From the NCBI GenBank assembly GCA_910586625.1, contig CAJUIZ010000004.1, positions 43,529 through 107,528 on the forward strand: 64,000 bases of DNA, written 5' to 3'. Shown one piece after another: positions 1 to 9,427 of the stretch (the first letter of the stretch is position 1; each line of letters begins with the position of its first letter). Both the position numbers and the translations under genes were made by a program. The DNA is from an uncultured Christensenellaceae bacterium (GTDB lineage Bacteria > Bacillota > Clostridia > Christensenellales > CAG-314). The notes under the pieces are model-generated. The model was not told the DNA's origin, searched no databases, and saw only the letters and a list, made by a program, of their open reading frames with translations.

Positions 1-400
1 CGTCCAAAAAGGGTGCCATTTTGATTATAGTATCGAAATCGATTTGTTCTCCGTCCTTATCCGCCTGCTTGTAGGATTGCTTGAACTGCTCGTCCTTCAT
101 TATCGGAGCAAGGTCGGCTAAATCTCGAAGCTTGATATTTTCCGCCGCGGACTCATCGCCGTTGGCTATATCTTCGACGATTTTCCCCTTGCGTTCGTCG
201 CACAGTATTTCTTCTATCGTGATACCGAATATTTCCGCAAGACAAGGCAGCTTGGATATATCCGGCATCGTAGCTCCGCGCTCCCAATTGCTTACCGCCT
301 GATAGGATATGCCGAGCTTATCGGCAAGCCCCATTTGCGTAAGTCCGTTTTGCTTGCGCAGCTGAGATATCTTCTTTCCTATTTTCGTCATATCAAACAT
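1..400 (-). CDS. XRE-family helix-turn-helix transcriptional regulator (3' end runs off the left edge of the window)
   Basis: Manual reverse translation from ATG at 400-398 gives MFDMTKIGKKISQLRKQNGLTQMGLADKLGISYQAVSNWERGATMPDISKL..., a classic HTH_3/XRE signature. SD GGGAGA lies upstream. The frame stays open to position 1, so it is absent from the ORF track. Confidence 0.75.
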   Translation of the reverse strand, partial: MFDMTKIGKKISQLRKQNGLTQMGLADKLGISYQAVSNWERGATMPDISKLPCLAEIFGITIEEILCDERKGKIVEDIANGDESAAENIKLRDLADLAPIMKDEQFKQSYKQADKDGEQIDFDTIIKMAPFLD

Positions 401-520
401 AATATTATTCTCCCGTTTAGTTTTCGTCCGTTGCAACTAACCGCAGTTTAACACCGTTTTACGCAAAAAGCAATCAACTTGTAATTGAAATCACGCTGCT
501 CGCGAACTCAATGTCTGCTT

Positions 521-552
521 GAAAACAAAAAATCCCCTGTAAAAGGGATTTT
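521..552 (-). terminator. Rho-independent terminator downstream of the DUF1624-like gene
   Basis: Hairpin AAATCCC/GGGATTT (530-536 / 545-551) followed on the minus strand by a T-run (A-run 523-530 on plus). Confidence 0.55.
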
Positions 553-588
553 GCGTCATATAAAATGCGGAAAGCGCGAACGCCGTTA

Positions 589-1548
589 TTACAATAAATG
601 CAGTACTTCGGAAAAGAGATAAATGACCCCGAACATAAATATCTGACTGCCGAAATACACCCAAATAGAATGTCTTCCGCAAAAAGTCACCGGACTTACG
701 TACTTTGGATTGACGGTTGGGAATACGCTCTTGCGCTCCTTATAGATAATTCTGCCCAAGAAAGCACCTATCAAAAACCAACCGAAATCGGGCAAGAAGG
801 GCAGGTAGTCTCCGCCGCAGAACTTTGCGTAATCCGCGCCCTTGTGCTCCGCCAAGAAAAACCACATAGGATTGGTATTCGTCCACGGACTGTGCTTGGC
901 GCAAGCACCTACGACAAGCGCGGTTAACGTAACGGCGAGCATTACGCTACCGAAGATATTCTTTTGCCAATTTTGCTTGCACTTACCCCAACACCATTCT
1001 ATAACCGCCCACAACAGCACGGATAAAGCGATTACGTGTATTACGTTGAAATTGATTGTTAAATTTATACCGATAATCGCGGATATTGCCGCTGTCACCG
1101 CCGTAAACAGACAAGCAAACGCAATCATCTTGATTGCTCTACGCCCGTTACTTCGGGAAAAACTGCACGACATTCCCGAAGTAAATACGAACAACGTTAC
1201 GAACACGTCGTGAGTAACGTTGCGCAAAACTCCGCCGTAGTAGTTTTCGGACAACCCATACAGCCATTGGAACAGGGATGTTTTGTAATCGCCGATTCCA
1301 ATCGAGTTGACGTCCCACATAAAGTGATCCCACACGACAAACAGAATCATCAGTCCGCGCACAAAGTCCACTTCCCAAACGCGCTGTTTTTTTACAGGCG
1401 GAAGTTTAGCGAATTCATCCAATTGAACGGAGACTTCGTCCGATTCGTTTTCCGGCGTTAACGACTCTGCGACGGATGAAACGGATTCCGTTTTTTCAAC
1501 GGTAGAATCCGACTTATTATTACGTTTTGAAGCAAATTTTCCTTTCAT
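589..1548 (-). CDS. Multi-pass membrane acyltransferase-like protein (DUF1624 / heparan-alpha-glucosaminide N-acetyltransferase-like)
   Basis: ORF 589-1584. The motif [20 protein letters not shown] and many hydrophobic helices support the call. Preferred start is MKGKF at 1548, which forms an ATGA overlap with the mnmA stop (1545-1547). Confidence 0.6.
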   Translation of the reverse strand: MKGKFASKRNNKSDSTVEKTESVSSVAESLTPENESDEVSVQLDEFAKLPPVKKQRVWEVDFVRGLMILFVVWDHFMWDVNSIGIGDYKTSLFQWLYGLSENYYGGVLRNVTHDVFVTLFVFTSGMSCSFSRSNGRRAIKMIAFACLFTAVTAAISAIIGINLTINFNVIHVIALSVLLWAVIEWCWGKCKQNWQKNIFGSVMLAVTLTALVVGACAKHSPWTNTNPMWFFLAEHKGADYAKFCGGDYLPFLPDFGWFLIGAFLGRIIYKERKSVFPTVNPKYVSPVTFCGRHSIWVYFGSQIFMFGVIYLFSEVLHLL

Positions 1549-2615
1549 TTGTACACTTCGTCTATTACTCCGCCGCCCAAACACCTGTCGCCGTCGTAAA
1601 ACACGACGAACTGCCCCGGAGTTACGGCGCGCTGCTTTTCGCGGAACGTCACTTCTACCCGTGCGTCGCTTAAAACGTTTACGGACACGTCCTGCTCGTT
1701 CTGACGATAACGGAATTTAGCCTTGCAGTCGAATCGGCGCGCGGGGCAAGACGGTATCCAGTTGATTCCGCTTGCGACAAGCGAACGAGATAGCAAAACG
1801 CTTTCGTCGCCGTGAGACACTATTAAACGGTTATTTGCCAAATCCTTGTCCACGACAAACCATCTGCCTTGACTCTCCGTCGTGCCGCCCAGTCCAAGCC
1901 CCCTGCGCTGTCCCAGCGTGTAGTACATAAGACCGATGTGTTCGCCGACTTCGTTACCGTGAACGTCCACAATTTGTCCGCATTGATTCGGTAAATAATT
2001 TTGCAAAAATTTACGAAAATTGCGTTCGCCTATAAAACAAATACCTGTGCTGTCCTTCTTCTTGGCGTTGACAAGCCCCAGTTCGTCCGCAATACGCCTT
2101 ACTTCCGACTTTTCTACGTCGGCAAGCGGAAAAAGCACGTCGGACAGCTGCGCCTGCGACAACTGATTCAAAAAATATGTCTGGTCCTTGTCGGAGTCCT
2201 TGGCTTTAAGTAAATAATGCGTTTCGTTGTCGTGTAAAATTCCGCAATAATGTCCCGTAGCTATATAGTCCGCGCCCAAAGCCTTGGCATACTGCAAAAA
2301 CGGTCCGAACTTGATTTCGCGGTTGCACAGAACGTCGGGATTAGGAGTACGTCCGCGTTTGTACTCGTCCAAAAAATACGAAAAGACGCGCTCGCGGTAT
2401 TCCTTGGCAAAATTAACCGAATAATACGGAATAGACAGCTTGTCGGACACACGCTTGACGTCTTCGTAATCCTGCGCCGCGGTACAGCAACCGTCGTCCG
2501 TTTCTTCCCAATTGTGCATAAACAACGCCACTACGTTGTATCCTTGTTTTTTGAGTAACCAAGCGGACACTGCGCTGTCAACGCCGCCGCTCATACCCAA
2601 TACTACCGTTTTCAT
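1545..2615 (-). CDS. mnmA: tRNA 2-thiouridine(34) synthase MnmA
   Basis: 356 aa. N-terminal PP-loop [26 protein letters not shown] and full-length family-typical sequence. Confidence 0.95.
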   Translation of the reverse strand: MKTVVLGMSGGVDSAVSAWLLKKQGYNVVALFMHNWEETDDGCCTAAQDYEDVKRVSDKLSIPYYSVNFAKEYRERVFSYFLDEYKRGRTPNPDVLCNREIKFGPFLQYAKALGADYIATGHYCGILHDNETHYLLKAKDSDKDQTYFLNQLSQAQLSDVLFPLADVEKSEVRRIADELGLVNAKKKDSTGICFIGERNFRKFLQNYLPNQCGQIVDVHGNEVGEHIGLMYYTLGQRRGLGLGGTTESQGRWFVVDKDLANNRLIVSHGDESVLLSRSLVASGINWIPSCPARRFDCKAKFRYRQNEQDVSVNVLSDARVEVTFREKQRAVTPGQFVVFYDGDRCLGGGVIDEVYK

Positions 2616-2621
2616 TGCGTA

Positions 2622-4043
2622 TTAAAGCTTTTTCATCGCCCTGCGCGCTTCCGCCGAACGGACAAGGCGTTTGAGCGTATCGATGGTTTCGTCGTTGTTG
2701 TCGGTAGTCATAACCACTTCCAACAGCTCTTCCGTAGCTTGAACAGCGTCTTCGCGGGACAGAATGCGCCGAACAAGGTACATTCCTTCCATTTGACTTT
2801 GGTTAAGCAACAGGTCTTCCCTGCGCGTTCCGCTGCGATTAAGATCGACGGCAGGGAAAATACGCTTTTCGCTCATACGGCGATCCAACTGAATTTCCAT
2901 ATTGCCGGTACCTTTGAATTCTTCGTAGATAATATCGTCCATCTTGCTGCCAGTGTCGATTAGAGCCGTCGCAAGAATCGTAAGACTTCCGCCGCCCCTT
3001 ACGTTGCGTCCGCTGCCGAACATTTTCTTGGGTTCCTGCAAAGCGGAAATATCCAAGCCGCCCGTAAGCGTTCTGCCCGTCTGCTCCGCCGTTTGGTTGT
3101 ACGCTCGCCCAAGGCGCGTTATGCTGTCCATAAGTATCATTACGTCCTGTCCCTGTTCTACGCGGCGGCGGGCGTTGGCAAATACCAATTCCGCAATGCG
3201 GCAGTGATTGTAGGGCTGTTGGTCGAAGGTAGAATAAACCACTTCGCAATCGACGCTTTCCTTGAAATCCGTAACTTCTTCGGGACGTTCGTCTATAAGC
3301 AGAACAGTCAAGTGGATTTCCGGATGATTCTTCTTGACAGCCATGGCAATCTTTTTGAGAAGTATGGTTTTTCCGGTCTTGGGGGGCGCGACTATAAGAC
3401 CGCGCTGTCCCTTGCCTATCGGAGCAACCAAGTCCAAAACGCGCAGCGAGTAGTCCGTTCTGTCCGTCTGCATATTTATCCGCTCGTTAGGAAAACAGGC
3501 TTCGAGACTGTCGAAAGGAGTACGGCGTATGGTATTGCAGACTTGATCGTTTATTTCCTTTACGTATATCGCCGTGGGCGCTTGACCTTCGGAATACTGA
3601 CGAAGCACCACTTTGAGCTTATCGCCCGATTTAAGCCCCATACGCATTATCATATTTGCCGACACGTGATAGTCGCGCATGGGCGTGTTGGAATAGTTAT
3701 GCGTACGCACAAAGCCGTAGCCGTCCTTGACGATTTCCAAAATGCCTTCGCGCGGCAAAGACGGATCGACGTTATCTTCTATTGCTTCGCAATTCAAGTC
3801 GTAAACTACCTTGGGTGCTTCCTGCTCCAAACGAACGCTTACCTTGGGGGGACGACCCGACTTCTTGGGAACTTCCGGTTCGGCATCGCCGTTGTACATA
3901 GCCAATATGGCGTCGATTAAATCGCCGCGTTTGCGATTACGCGGCACTACGCCGAAATCGCGCGCTATCGCACGAATATCGGCGATATTCATATTGTTTA
4001 GAGCAAAATTAAGTTCGTCTACCGTTTTGTACTTGGTTGGCAT
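2622..4043 (-). CDS. rho: Transcription termination factor Rho
   Basis: 473 aa. Rho N-terminal domain, RNA-binding OB region, Walker A APPKTGKT and a C-terminal RecA-like ATPase sequence. Confidence 0.95.
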   Translation of the reverse strand: MPTKYKTVDELNFALNNMNIADIRAIARDFGVVPRNRKRGDLIDAILAMYNGDAEPEVPKKSGRPPKVSVRLEQEAPKVVYDLNCEAIEDNVDPSLPREGILEIVKDGYGFVRTHNYSNTPMRDYHVSANMIMRMGLKSGDKLKVVLRQYSEGQAPTAIYVKEINDQVCNTIRRTPFDSLEACFPNERINMQTDRTDYSLRVLDLVAPIGKGQRGLIVAPPKTGKTILLKKIAMAVKKNHPEIHLTVLLIDERPEEVTDFKESVDCEVVYSTFDQQPYNHCRIAELVFANARRRVEQGQDVMILMDSITRLGRAYNQTAEQTGRTLTGGLDISALQEPKKMFGSGRNVRGGGSLTILATALIDTGSKMDDIIYEEFKGTGNMEIQLDRRMSEKRIFPAVDLNRSGTRREDLLLNQSQMEGMYLVRRILSREDAVQATEELLEVVMTTDNNDETIDTLKRLVRSAEARRAMKKL

Positions 4044-4420
4044 AAATCCTCCTAAAATTATGGACAGATTGGATTACAAAATTGAAATGTGAAATGTCGA
4101 TATTGAAATACTAATCCGACGGCGCATAAAATCAAGTTCCGCCTACGGCGGCGCTGTTATTCCGTGTAAAAACTACGCAAAAAATAAAAGTCACCTTTAC
4201 TATGCCGACTGCTCGGACATTTAAGGACGACAACAAAAATCGCGCCAAATAATCTTGTAAACAGTTTATTATATTTTATCGCGTTTGTCAACAAATAAGT
4301 CGAGCTATCGCGTGCAAAAATGGATATAATAAGACGATATTTGTCGTATACTGCTGCTACGACGAATAAAACGTAAAAATAAGTCAGCCGTACAACACGC
4401 AGGCATACAGTGTGGAAGCC

Positions 4421-4460
4421 CTGATATAATTAACCGACGCGGAGTACACCGCGTCGGTTA
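4421..4460 (-). terminator. Terminator hairpin downstream of glpK
   Basis: Perfect 12-bp stem TAACCGACGCGG/CCGCGTCGGTTA (4431-4442 / 4449-4460), immediately 3' of the glpK stop on the minus strand, followed by an A/T-rich tract. Confidence 0.5.
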
Positions 4461-4479
4461 ACCGTAATTGCATATATAC

Positions 4480-5964
4480 CTATCTGGCACGCGTTTGACG
4501 AACGGCTTTCGCCCAGCCTTCCAACAATTCTTGACGATGGACATCGTCCATATTCGGCTTAAATTCGCGCTCGGTCTTGATATTTGCGCGAATATCGTCT
4601 ATGTCTTTCCAGTAACCTGCTTCCAAGCCAGCAAGATAACACGCTCCGAGAGCCGTCGTTTCCGTCACCTTGGGACGAATTACCGTAGCGTTAAGAATAT
4701 CGGCTTGGAACTGCATAAGGAAATTATTCATACTCGCTCCGCCGTCTACGTTAAGACTCCTAATCTTGACGTTGGCGTCGCGCTGCATACTCGATACAAG
4801 GTCGTACACTTGATAATCGATTGCTTCGAGAGCCGCGCGTATAAAGTGTTCCTTCTTGGTGCCGCGGGTAATTCCCGTAATCGTTCCGCGAACTTCCGCG
4901 TCCCAATAGGGCGCACCCAAACCCGTAAAGGAAGGTACTATGTACACTCCGTTGGTATCGGAAACCTTTACGGCGTAATTTTCCGTTTCCGCGGCGGATT
5001 TTATCATACGCATCTCGTCGCGCAGCCATTGATTGATTGCTCCGCCGATAAACACGCTGCCTTCCAATACGTAGGGCGGTTTAACGTTGTTTCCGCATGC
5101 TCCGAGAGTAGTTACAAGGCCGTTTGTAGACTTAACCGCCTTGTTTCCTGTGTTCATAAGCAGGAAACAGCCCGTGCCGTAGGTGTTCTTTACGTCCCCT
5201 TCGTTTACGCACAAATGTCCGAACAAAGCCGCTTGCTGGTCTCCCACCACGCTGCAAATCGGTATCTCGCGTCCAATAAAGGTTTCGTCCGTAATGCCGT
5301 AATTGTAACCGGACGCGTGAACTTCGGGCAGCATACATTCGGGAATACCGAACAGCTCGAGCAAATCCCCGTCCCATTCGAGAGTATGAATGTTAAACAG
5401 CATAGTACGGCTGGCGTTAGTGTAGTCTGTTGCAAATATTTTGCCGCGGGACAGCTGCCACATAAGATATGTATCCACCGTGCCGAACAGCAATTCGCCC
5501 TTTTCGGCGCGTTCGCGCGCGCCGTCGACGTTATCCAATATCCATTTGATTTTTGTTGCGGAAAAATACGCGTCGAGCACCAAGCCCGTCTTGTCGTAAA
5601 TCTTTTCGGACAAGCCCTGCGCCTTTAACTGTTCGCAGTATTCCGCCGTTCTGCGACATTGCCAAACTATTGCATTATACACGGGCTTACCGGTATTCTT
5701 ATCCCATACGAAGGTCGTTTCGCGCTGATTGGTTATGCCGATAGCGGCAATATCCGCCGCGGAAACGTTGGCTCTTATCAACGCTTCCACTATTACGCCC
5801 ACTTGACTGCCGTAAATATCGTGGGGGTCGTGCTCCACCCAACCGGGATGCGGATAAATCTGCGGAAATTCCTGCTGAGCTTTGCCGAGAATTTTTCCCT
5901 GTTTGTCGAATACTATCGCGCGGGACGAAGTTGTGCCTTGATCCAACGACAAAATGTATTTCAT
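4480..5964 (-). CDS. glpK: Glycerol kinase
   Basis: 494 aa. [20 protein letters not shown]... and full FGGY-family glycerol kinase sequence. Confidence 0.95.
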   Translation of the reverse strand: MKYILSLDQGTTSSRAIVFDKQGKILGKAQQEFPQIYPHPGWVEHDPHDIYGSQVGVIVEALIRANVSAADIAAIGITNQRETTFVWDKNTGKPVYNAIVWQCRRTAEYCEQLKAQGLSEKIYDKTGLVLDAYFSATKIKWILDNVDGARERAEKGELLFGTVDTYLMWQLSRGKIFATDYTNASRTMLFNIHTLEWDGDLLELFGIPECMLPEVHASGYNYGITDETFIGREIPICSVVGDQQAALFGHLCVNEGDVKNTYGTGCFLLMNTGNKAVKSTNGLVTTLGACGNNVKPPYVLEGSVFIGGAINQWLRDEMRMIKSAAETENYAVKVSDTNGVYIVPSFTGLGAPYWDAEVRGTITGITRGTKKEHFIRAALEAIDYQVYDLVSSMQRDANVKIRSLNVDGGASMNNFLMQFQADILNATVIRPKVTETTALGACYLAGLEAGYWKDIDDIRANIKTEREFKPNMDDVHRQELLEGWAKAVRQTRAR

Positions 5965-6013
5965 ATTTACTCTCCTGTTTTTATTGAGATTTTATGAAGG
6001 CGCAATAATAGAC

Positions 6014-6376
6014 TTATACGCGAGAGACATTCTTGGTTACGATAAAATCCACTCCGCAGCCGCATATGTCCGCCGCTGCCACGTCGCCAATATGCACGGG
6101 AGCGGTAAGCGTTACGTTCTTCAACAGTTCCAAGCTCTTAAAAATCAATTCCTTGGGGATAGCTTCGCGCGTTTTGACTGATACCATAGGTATATTTCCG
6201 CCCTGCACCTTAACCGAACCTGTTACCATACGTTTGGGAGCGGTAACTTCGTTTACCGCGTAGGTTACTCCGCGCGGACATGTGTTGCCCGTAACGGTAA
6301 TATTTGCCTTGTCTGCGTCGTCCACCGTAAGCCTGCAACCCATAGGACAATTGATACAAATCATTTCTCTGCTCAT
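6014..6376 (-). CDS. DUF1667 domain protein (third component of the clostridial glycerol-3-phosphate oxidoreductase cluster)
   Basis: 120 aa. Cys motif CINCPMGC...C, immediately downstream of two FAD oxidoreductase genes and upstream of glpK. Confidence 0.75.
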   Translation of the reverse strand: MSREMICINCPMGCRLTVDDADKANITVTGNTCPRGVTYAVNEVTAPKRMVTGSVKVQGGNIPMVSVKTREAIPKELIFKSLELLKNVTLTAPVHIGDVAAADICGCGVDFIVTKNVSRV

Positions 6377-6378
6377 AG

Positions 6379-7641
6379 CTATTCTCCTTTGATAAGGGTA
6401 ATTTCTACCGATTTGGCTTGCTTTAACGTTTTCATTTGCTCTGCCGTCAAGTTTATATTTTCCATTTCGCCGGGGGCAACTACGGGACGTTTACGTCCGT
6501 ACACCTTTACTCCGTCGGCAAACACGGCAAGCTCGACCTTCTTGAAAACGTTGGCCACGCGCATCTTGAAGGACTGCGGCGCGTATACTTCGTCGCGGTT
6601 TAACACGGTGGGTACGCAGTAGCGCACGCCGTTGGTGCATGAAATTACCGTCTTGTCACGGCAGGGCGTTGCTCCGTTTATGTAGTCCGCCGCGCGTACG
6701 CCTGCGTTTTCGCTTTCCGCCGAAACAAAGTCCACAAGGTCGTGAACGTGCAGAACGTTTCCGCACTCGAATACGCCTTCGACGTTGGTCATAAGATTCT
6801 CGTCTACAACCGCGCCGCCCGTTGTGGGGGACAACTGAACTTCGGCGTTCTTGGCAAGCTCGTTTTCGGGGAGTAAACCTACGGACAGAAGCAACGTGTC
6901 GCAGGGGATAAACCGCTCCGTTTCCTTAATCGGCTGCAATTTGTCGTCTACCTGAGCGATTACCACGCCTTCGACGCGTTCCTTACCCTTGATATTGACG
7001 ACGGTATGCGAAAAGTACAGCGGAATATCGAAGTCGTTGAGACACTGCACTATGTTTCTGTTCAGTCCCGACGAAAAGGGCATAAGCTCCACTACCGCCT
7101 GAACGTGAGCGCCTTCGAATGTCATACGGCGCGCCATAATAAGTCCTATGTCGCCGCTTCCGAGTATTACGACTTCCTTACCCGGCAAATAACCGTCGAT
7201 ATTGACGAGCTTCTGCGCCGTGCCTGCGGAAAAAACTCCCGCGCCGCGCATACCCGCTATGTTTATTGCTCCGCGCGGACGCTCGCGGCAGCCGCAGGCG
7301 AGTATTACAGCCTTGGCTTGCACCTGTACGAGACCGTCTTGAGCGGAAACGTAAGTAACCGTCTTGTCGTTGGAAACGTCAATTACGGTAGCATTGAGTT
7401 TATAGGTTATGCCGCGCTTTATAACTTCGTCTATATAGCGCGACGCGTATTCCGGACCGGTCAGCTCTTCCTTAAAGGTGTGCAGACCGAATCCGTTGTG
7501 AATGCATTGGTTAAGTATGCCGCCCAGCTCTGCTTCGCGTTCCAGTATCAATATATCGCGTTCGCCCGCGTCGTACGCGGACTTGGCTGCGGCAAGTCCC
7601 GCGGGACCGCCGCCGACAATAACAAGATTTACTTTTATCAT
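6379..7641 (-). CDS. NAD(P)/FAD-dependent pyridine nucleotide-disulfide oxidoreductase
   Basis: 420 aa. N-terminal VIVGGGPAGLAAA dinucleotide fold and a second GSGDIG Rossmann motif. The start at 7641 abuts the upstream gene. Confidence 0.8.
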   Translation of the reverse strand: MIKVNLVIVGGGPAGLAAAKSAYDAGERDILILEREAELGGILNQCIHNGFGLHTFKEELTGPEYASRYIDEVIKRGITYKLNATVIDVSNDKTVTYVSAQDGLVQVQAKAVILACGCRERPRGAINIAGMRGAGVFSAGTAQKLVNIDGYLPGKEVVILGSGDIGLIMARRMTFEGAHVQAVVELMPFSSGLNRNIVQCLNDFDIPLYFSHTVVNIKGKERVEGVVIAQVDDKLQPIKETERFIPCDTLLLSVGLLPENELAKNAEVQLSPTTGGAVVDENLMTNVEGVFECGNVLHVHDLVDFVSAESENAGVRAADYINGATPCRDKTVISCTNGVRYCVPTVLNRDEVYAPQSFKMRVANVFKKVELAVFADGVKVYGRKRPVVAPGEMENINLTAEQMKTLKQAKSVEITLIKGE

Positions 7642-9071
7642 TATTTCGTTCTCCCTATTACTACGTTGCTCTTACCGCCGAGCTTGGTTACGTCCTGCAT
7701 ATCGCAACCCAGCTCGCGCGCGATTATTTCCATAATACGCGGAGTGCAGAAGCCTGCTTGGCAGCGTCCCATACCTGCGCGGGTGCGGCGTTTTACGCCG
7801 TCGAGATCCTTAGCTCCCACCGGACGGCGGATACTGTCCACTATTTCGCCTTCCGTAACCACTTCGCAGCGGCAAGCTATTTTGCCGTATAAGGGGTTTT
7901 GGTCAATAAGCTTTTCGCGCTCGGTGTTAGACAGCTTGGAGAACTGCGGTATTCCCTTGCGCTTGGCTTGGAAATGAAGTTTTTCTTTTAGCTGTAATTT
8001 ACGAGACACCCGAGCCGCTATATCGCAGGCGATGGCCGGCGCGCAGGAAAGTCCGGGACTTTCGATTCCTGCCACGTTGTAAAAGCCTTCGACGGAGCTT
8101 TCGCCTATTACGAAGTCGTCCGAGTCGAGATGCGCCCGAAGCCCCGAAAACTGCGTTATTATATTACGGCGGGCAAGAGACGGAACGGTAATACTCGCCT
8201 TGGTAAAGGCTTCGTTCAATTCTTCGGCGGTGGTATTTACGTCCGACTTGTCGTCAACGTCCGTAGCCGTCGGTCCTACCAAAATATTTCCGTGAGTAGT
8301 AGGCGTAACCAAAACGCCCTTACCCATTTTGGAAGGAAGTTGGAACAGAGTGTGATCGGCAAGATACCCGCAGGTTTTGTCCATAAGCACGTAGTCGCCC
8401 TTACGTGCGGTTATATGCAGCTTGTCTTTGCAAACCATATTGTTGATAACGTCGGCGTATACGCCCGCAGCGTTTACGACTACGCGAGCCTGTTCGGAAT
8501 ATCCGTCGGCGCAGACAACCGTAAATACGCCGTCCGTTTTGCTTACGGACGTTACTTCCGACAGGAATCGGAATTCCACGCCGTTGACAGCCGCGTTTTC
8601 GGCATAGGCTACCGTCATTTCGTAGGGAGAAACTATTCCGCCGTTAGGCACTACCAACGCCGCAACCGCTTTGTCTGAAACGTACGGTTCCAGCTTCTTC
8701 AATTCGGCGTTACCCCGTAATATGTACATATCTCTTACGCCGTTGGCTATTCCGCGGTCGTACAGCTCCTGCAAGCCGTCGATTTGTGCTTCGTCGAAGC
8801 ACAAAACCATCGAGCCGTTGCGGCGGAACGGGAAATCCAATTCCTGCGACAGTTCGTCGAACATCGCGTTGCCCGATACGTTGTATTTGGCTTTGAGAGT
8901 ATTGGGTTTGGCGTCGAAGCCGCCGTGTACTATACCGCTGTTGGCTTTGCTTGTACCTACGGAAACGTCGTTGCCTTTTTCCAACACCGCAACGTCCGCC
9001 TGATACCGTGCAAGCTCTCGCGCTATACCGCAACCGATAACCCCGCCGCCGATAATAATTACGTCTTTCAT
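7641..9071 (-). CDS. FAD-dependent glycerol-3-phosphate dehydrogenase/oxidase-like protein with a BFD-like [2Fe-2S] domain
   Basis: 476 aa. MKDVIIIGGGVIGCGIAREL (DAO family) and C-terminal CRCE...C..GFC Cys motifs. It heads the cluster ending with glpK. Confidence 0.8.
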   Translation of the reverse strand: MKDVIIIGGGVIGCGIARELARYQADVAVLEKGNDVSVGTSKANSGIVHGGFDAKPNTLKAKYNVSGNAMFDELSQELDFPFRRNGSMVLCFDEAQIDGLQELYDRGIANGVRDMYILRGNAELKKLEPYVSDKAVAALVVPNGGIVSPYEMTVAYAENAAVNGVEFRFLSEVTSVSKTDGVFTVVCADGYSEQARVVVNAAGVYADVINNMVCKDKLHITARKGDYVLMDKTCGYLADHTLFQLPSKMGKGVLVTPTTHGNILVGPTATDVDDKSDVNTTAEELNEAFTKASITVPSLARRNIITQFSGLRAHLDSDDFVIGESSVEGFYNVAGIESPGLSCAPAIACDIAARVSRKLQLKEKLHFQAKRKGIPQFSKLSNTEREKLIDQNPLYGKIACRCEVVTEGEIVDSIRRPVGAKDLDGVKRRTRAGMGRCQAGFCTPRIMEIIARELGCDMQDVTKLGGKSNVVIGRTK

Positions 9072-9320
9072 AAGCAGTTACAAACCTCCGATAACGTTTT
9101 TACTAATATTTACGTCCGTTTGCGTTTTCCGACAAAATGCAAAAAAATACGCTTTTTCGACGCGGCATAACTCCGCCGTCCGCAAACAAATCGCAAAATC
9201 AGTCATTTTACCATACAATTATAATCTATTTACAATGCAATTTCAAGACGTAAAAGGAAAATATTAACGAACCCGCAAACAAATATTTTCGCGTTAAACG
9301 TCAAAGCGTTTATTAGAGCC

Positions 9321-9353
9321 GACGGCAGTAACCGATTAACGATTACTGCCGTC
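9321..9353 (-). terminator. Hairpin downstream of the 835-aa hydrolase gene (possible terminator)
   Basis: Perfect 11-bp inverted repeat GACGGCAGTAA/TTACTGCCGTC. There is no strong T-run, hence low confidence. Confidence 0.35.
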
Positions 9354-9427
9354 TTAAAAGTCTAAATTCAGTTATGACAACAATCGTTGTTTACGATAAT
9401 ACGGTAACGCTTTACCGTTATGTTGTA

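Noticed and set aside
4468-5628. Long antisense ORFs opposite well-supported genes: 4468-5628(+) opposite glpK, 3093-3920(+) opposite rho, 7006-7977(+), 54935-56200(+) opposite obg, 27971-28843(-) out of frame in the aldo/keto reductase gene, and 20601-21407(+) opposite rluD.
   Set aside because: Their products are Arg/Val/Phe-rich and low-complexity, with no SD or motifs. They are fully contained in genes with unambiguous family signatures. These are typical shadow ORFs of moderately GC-rich coding DNA.
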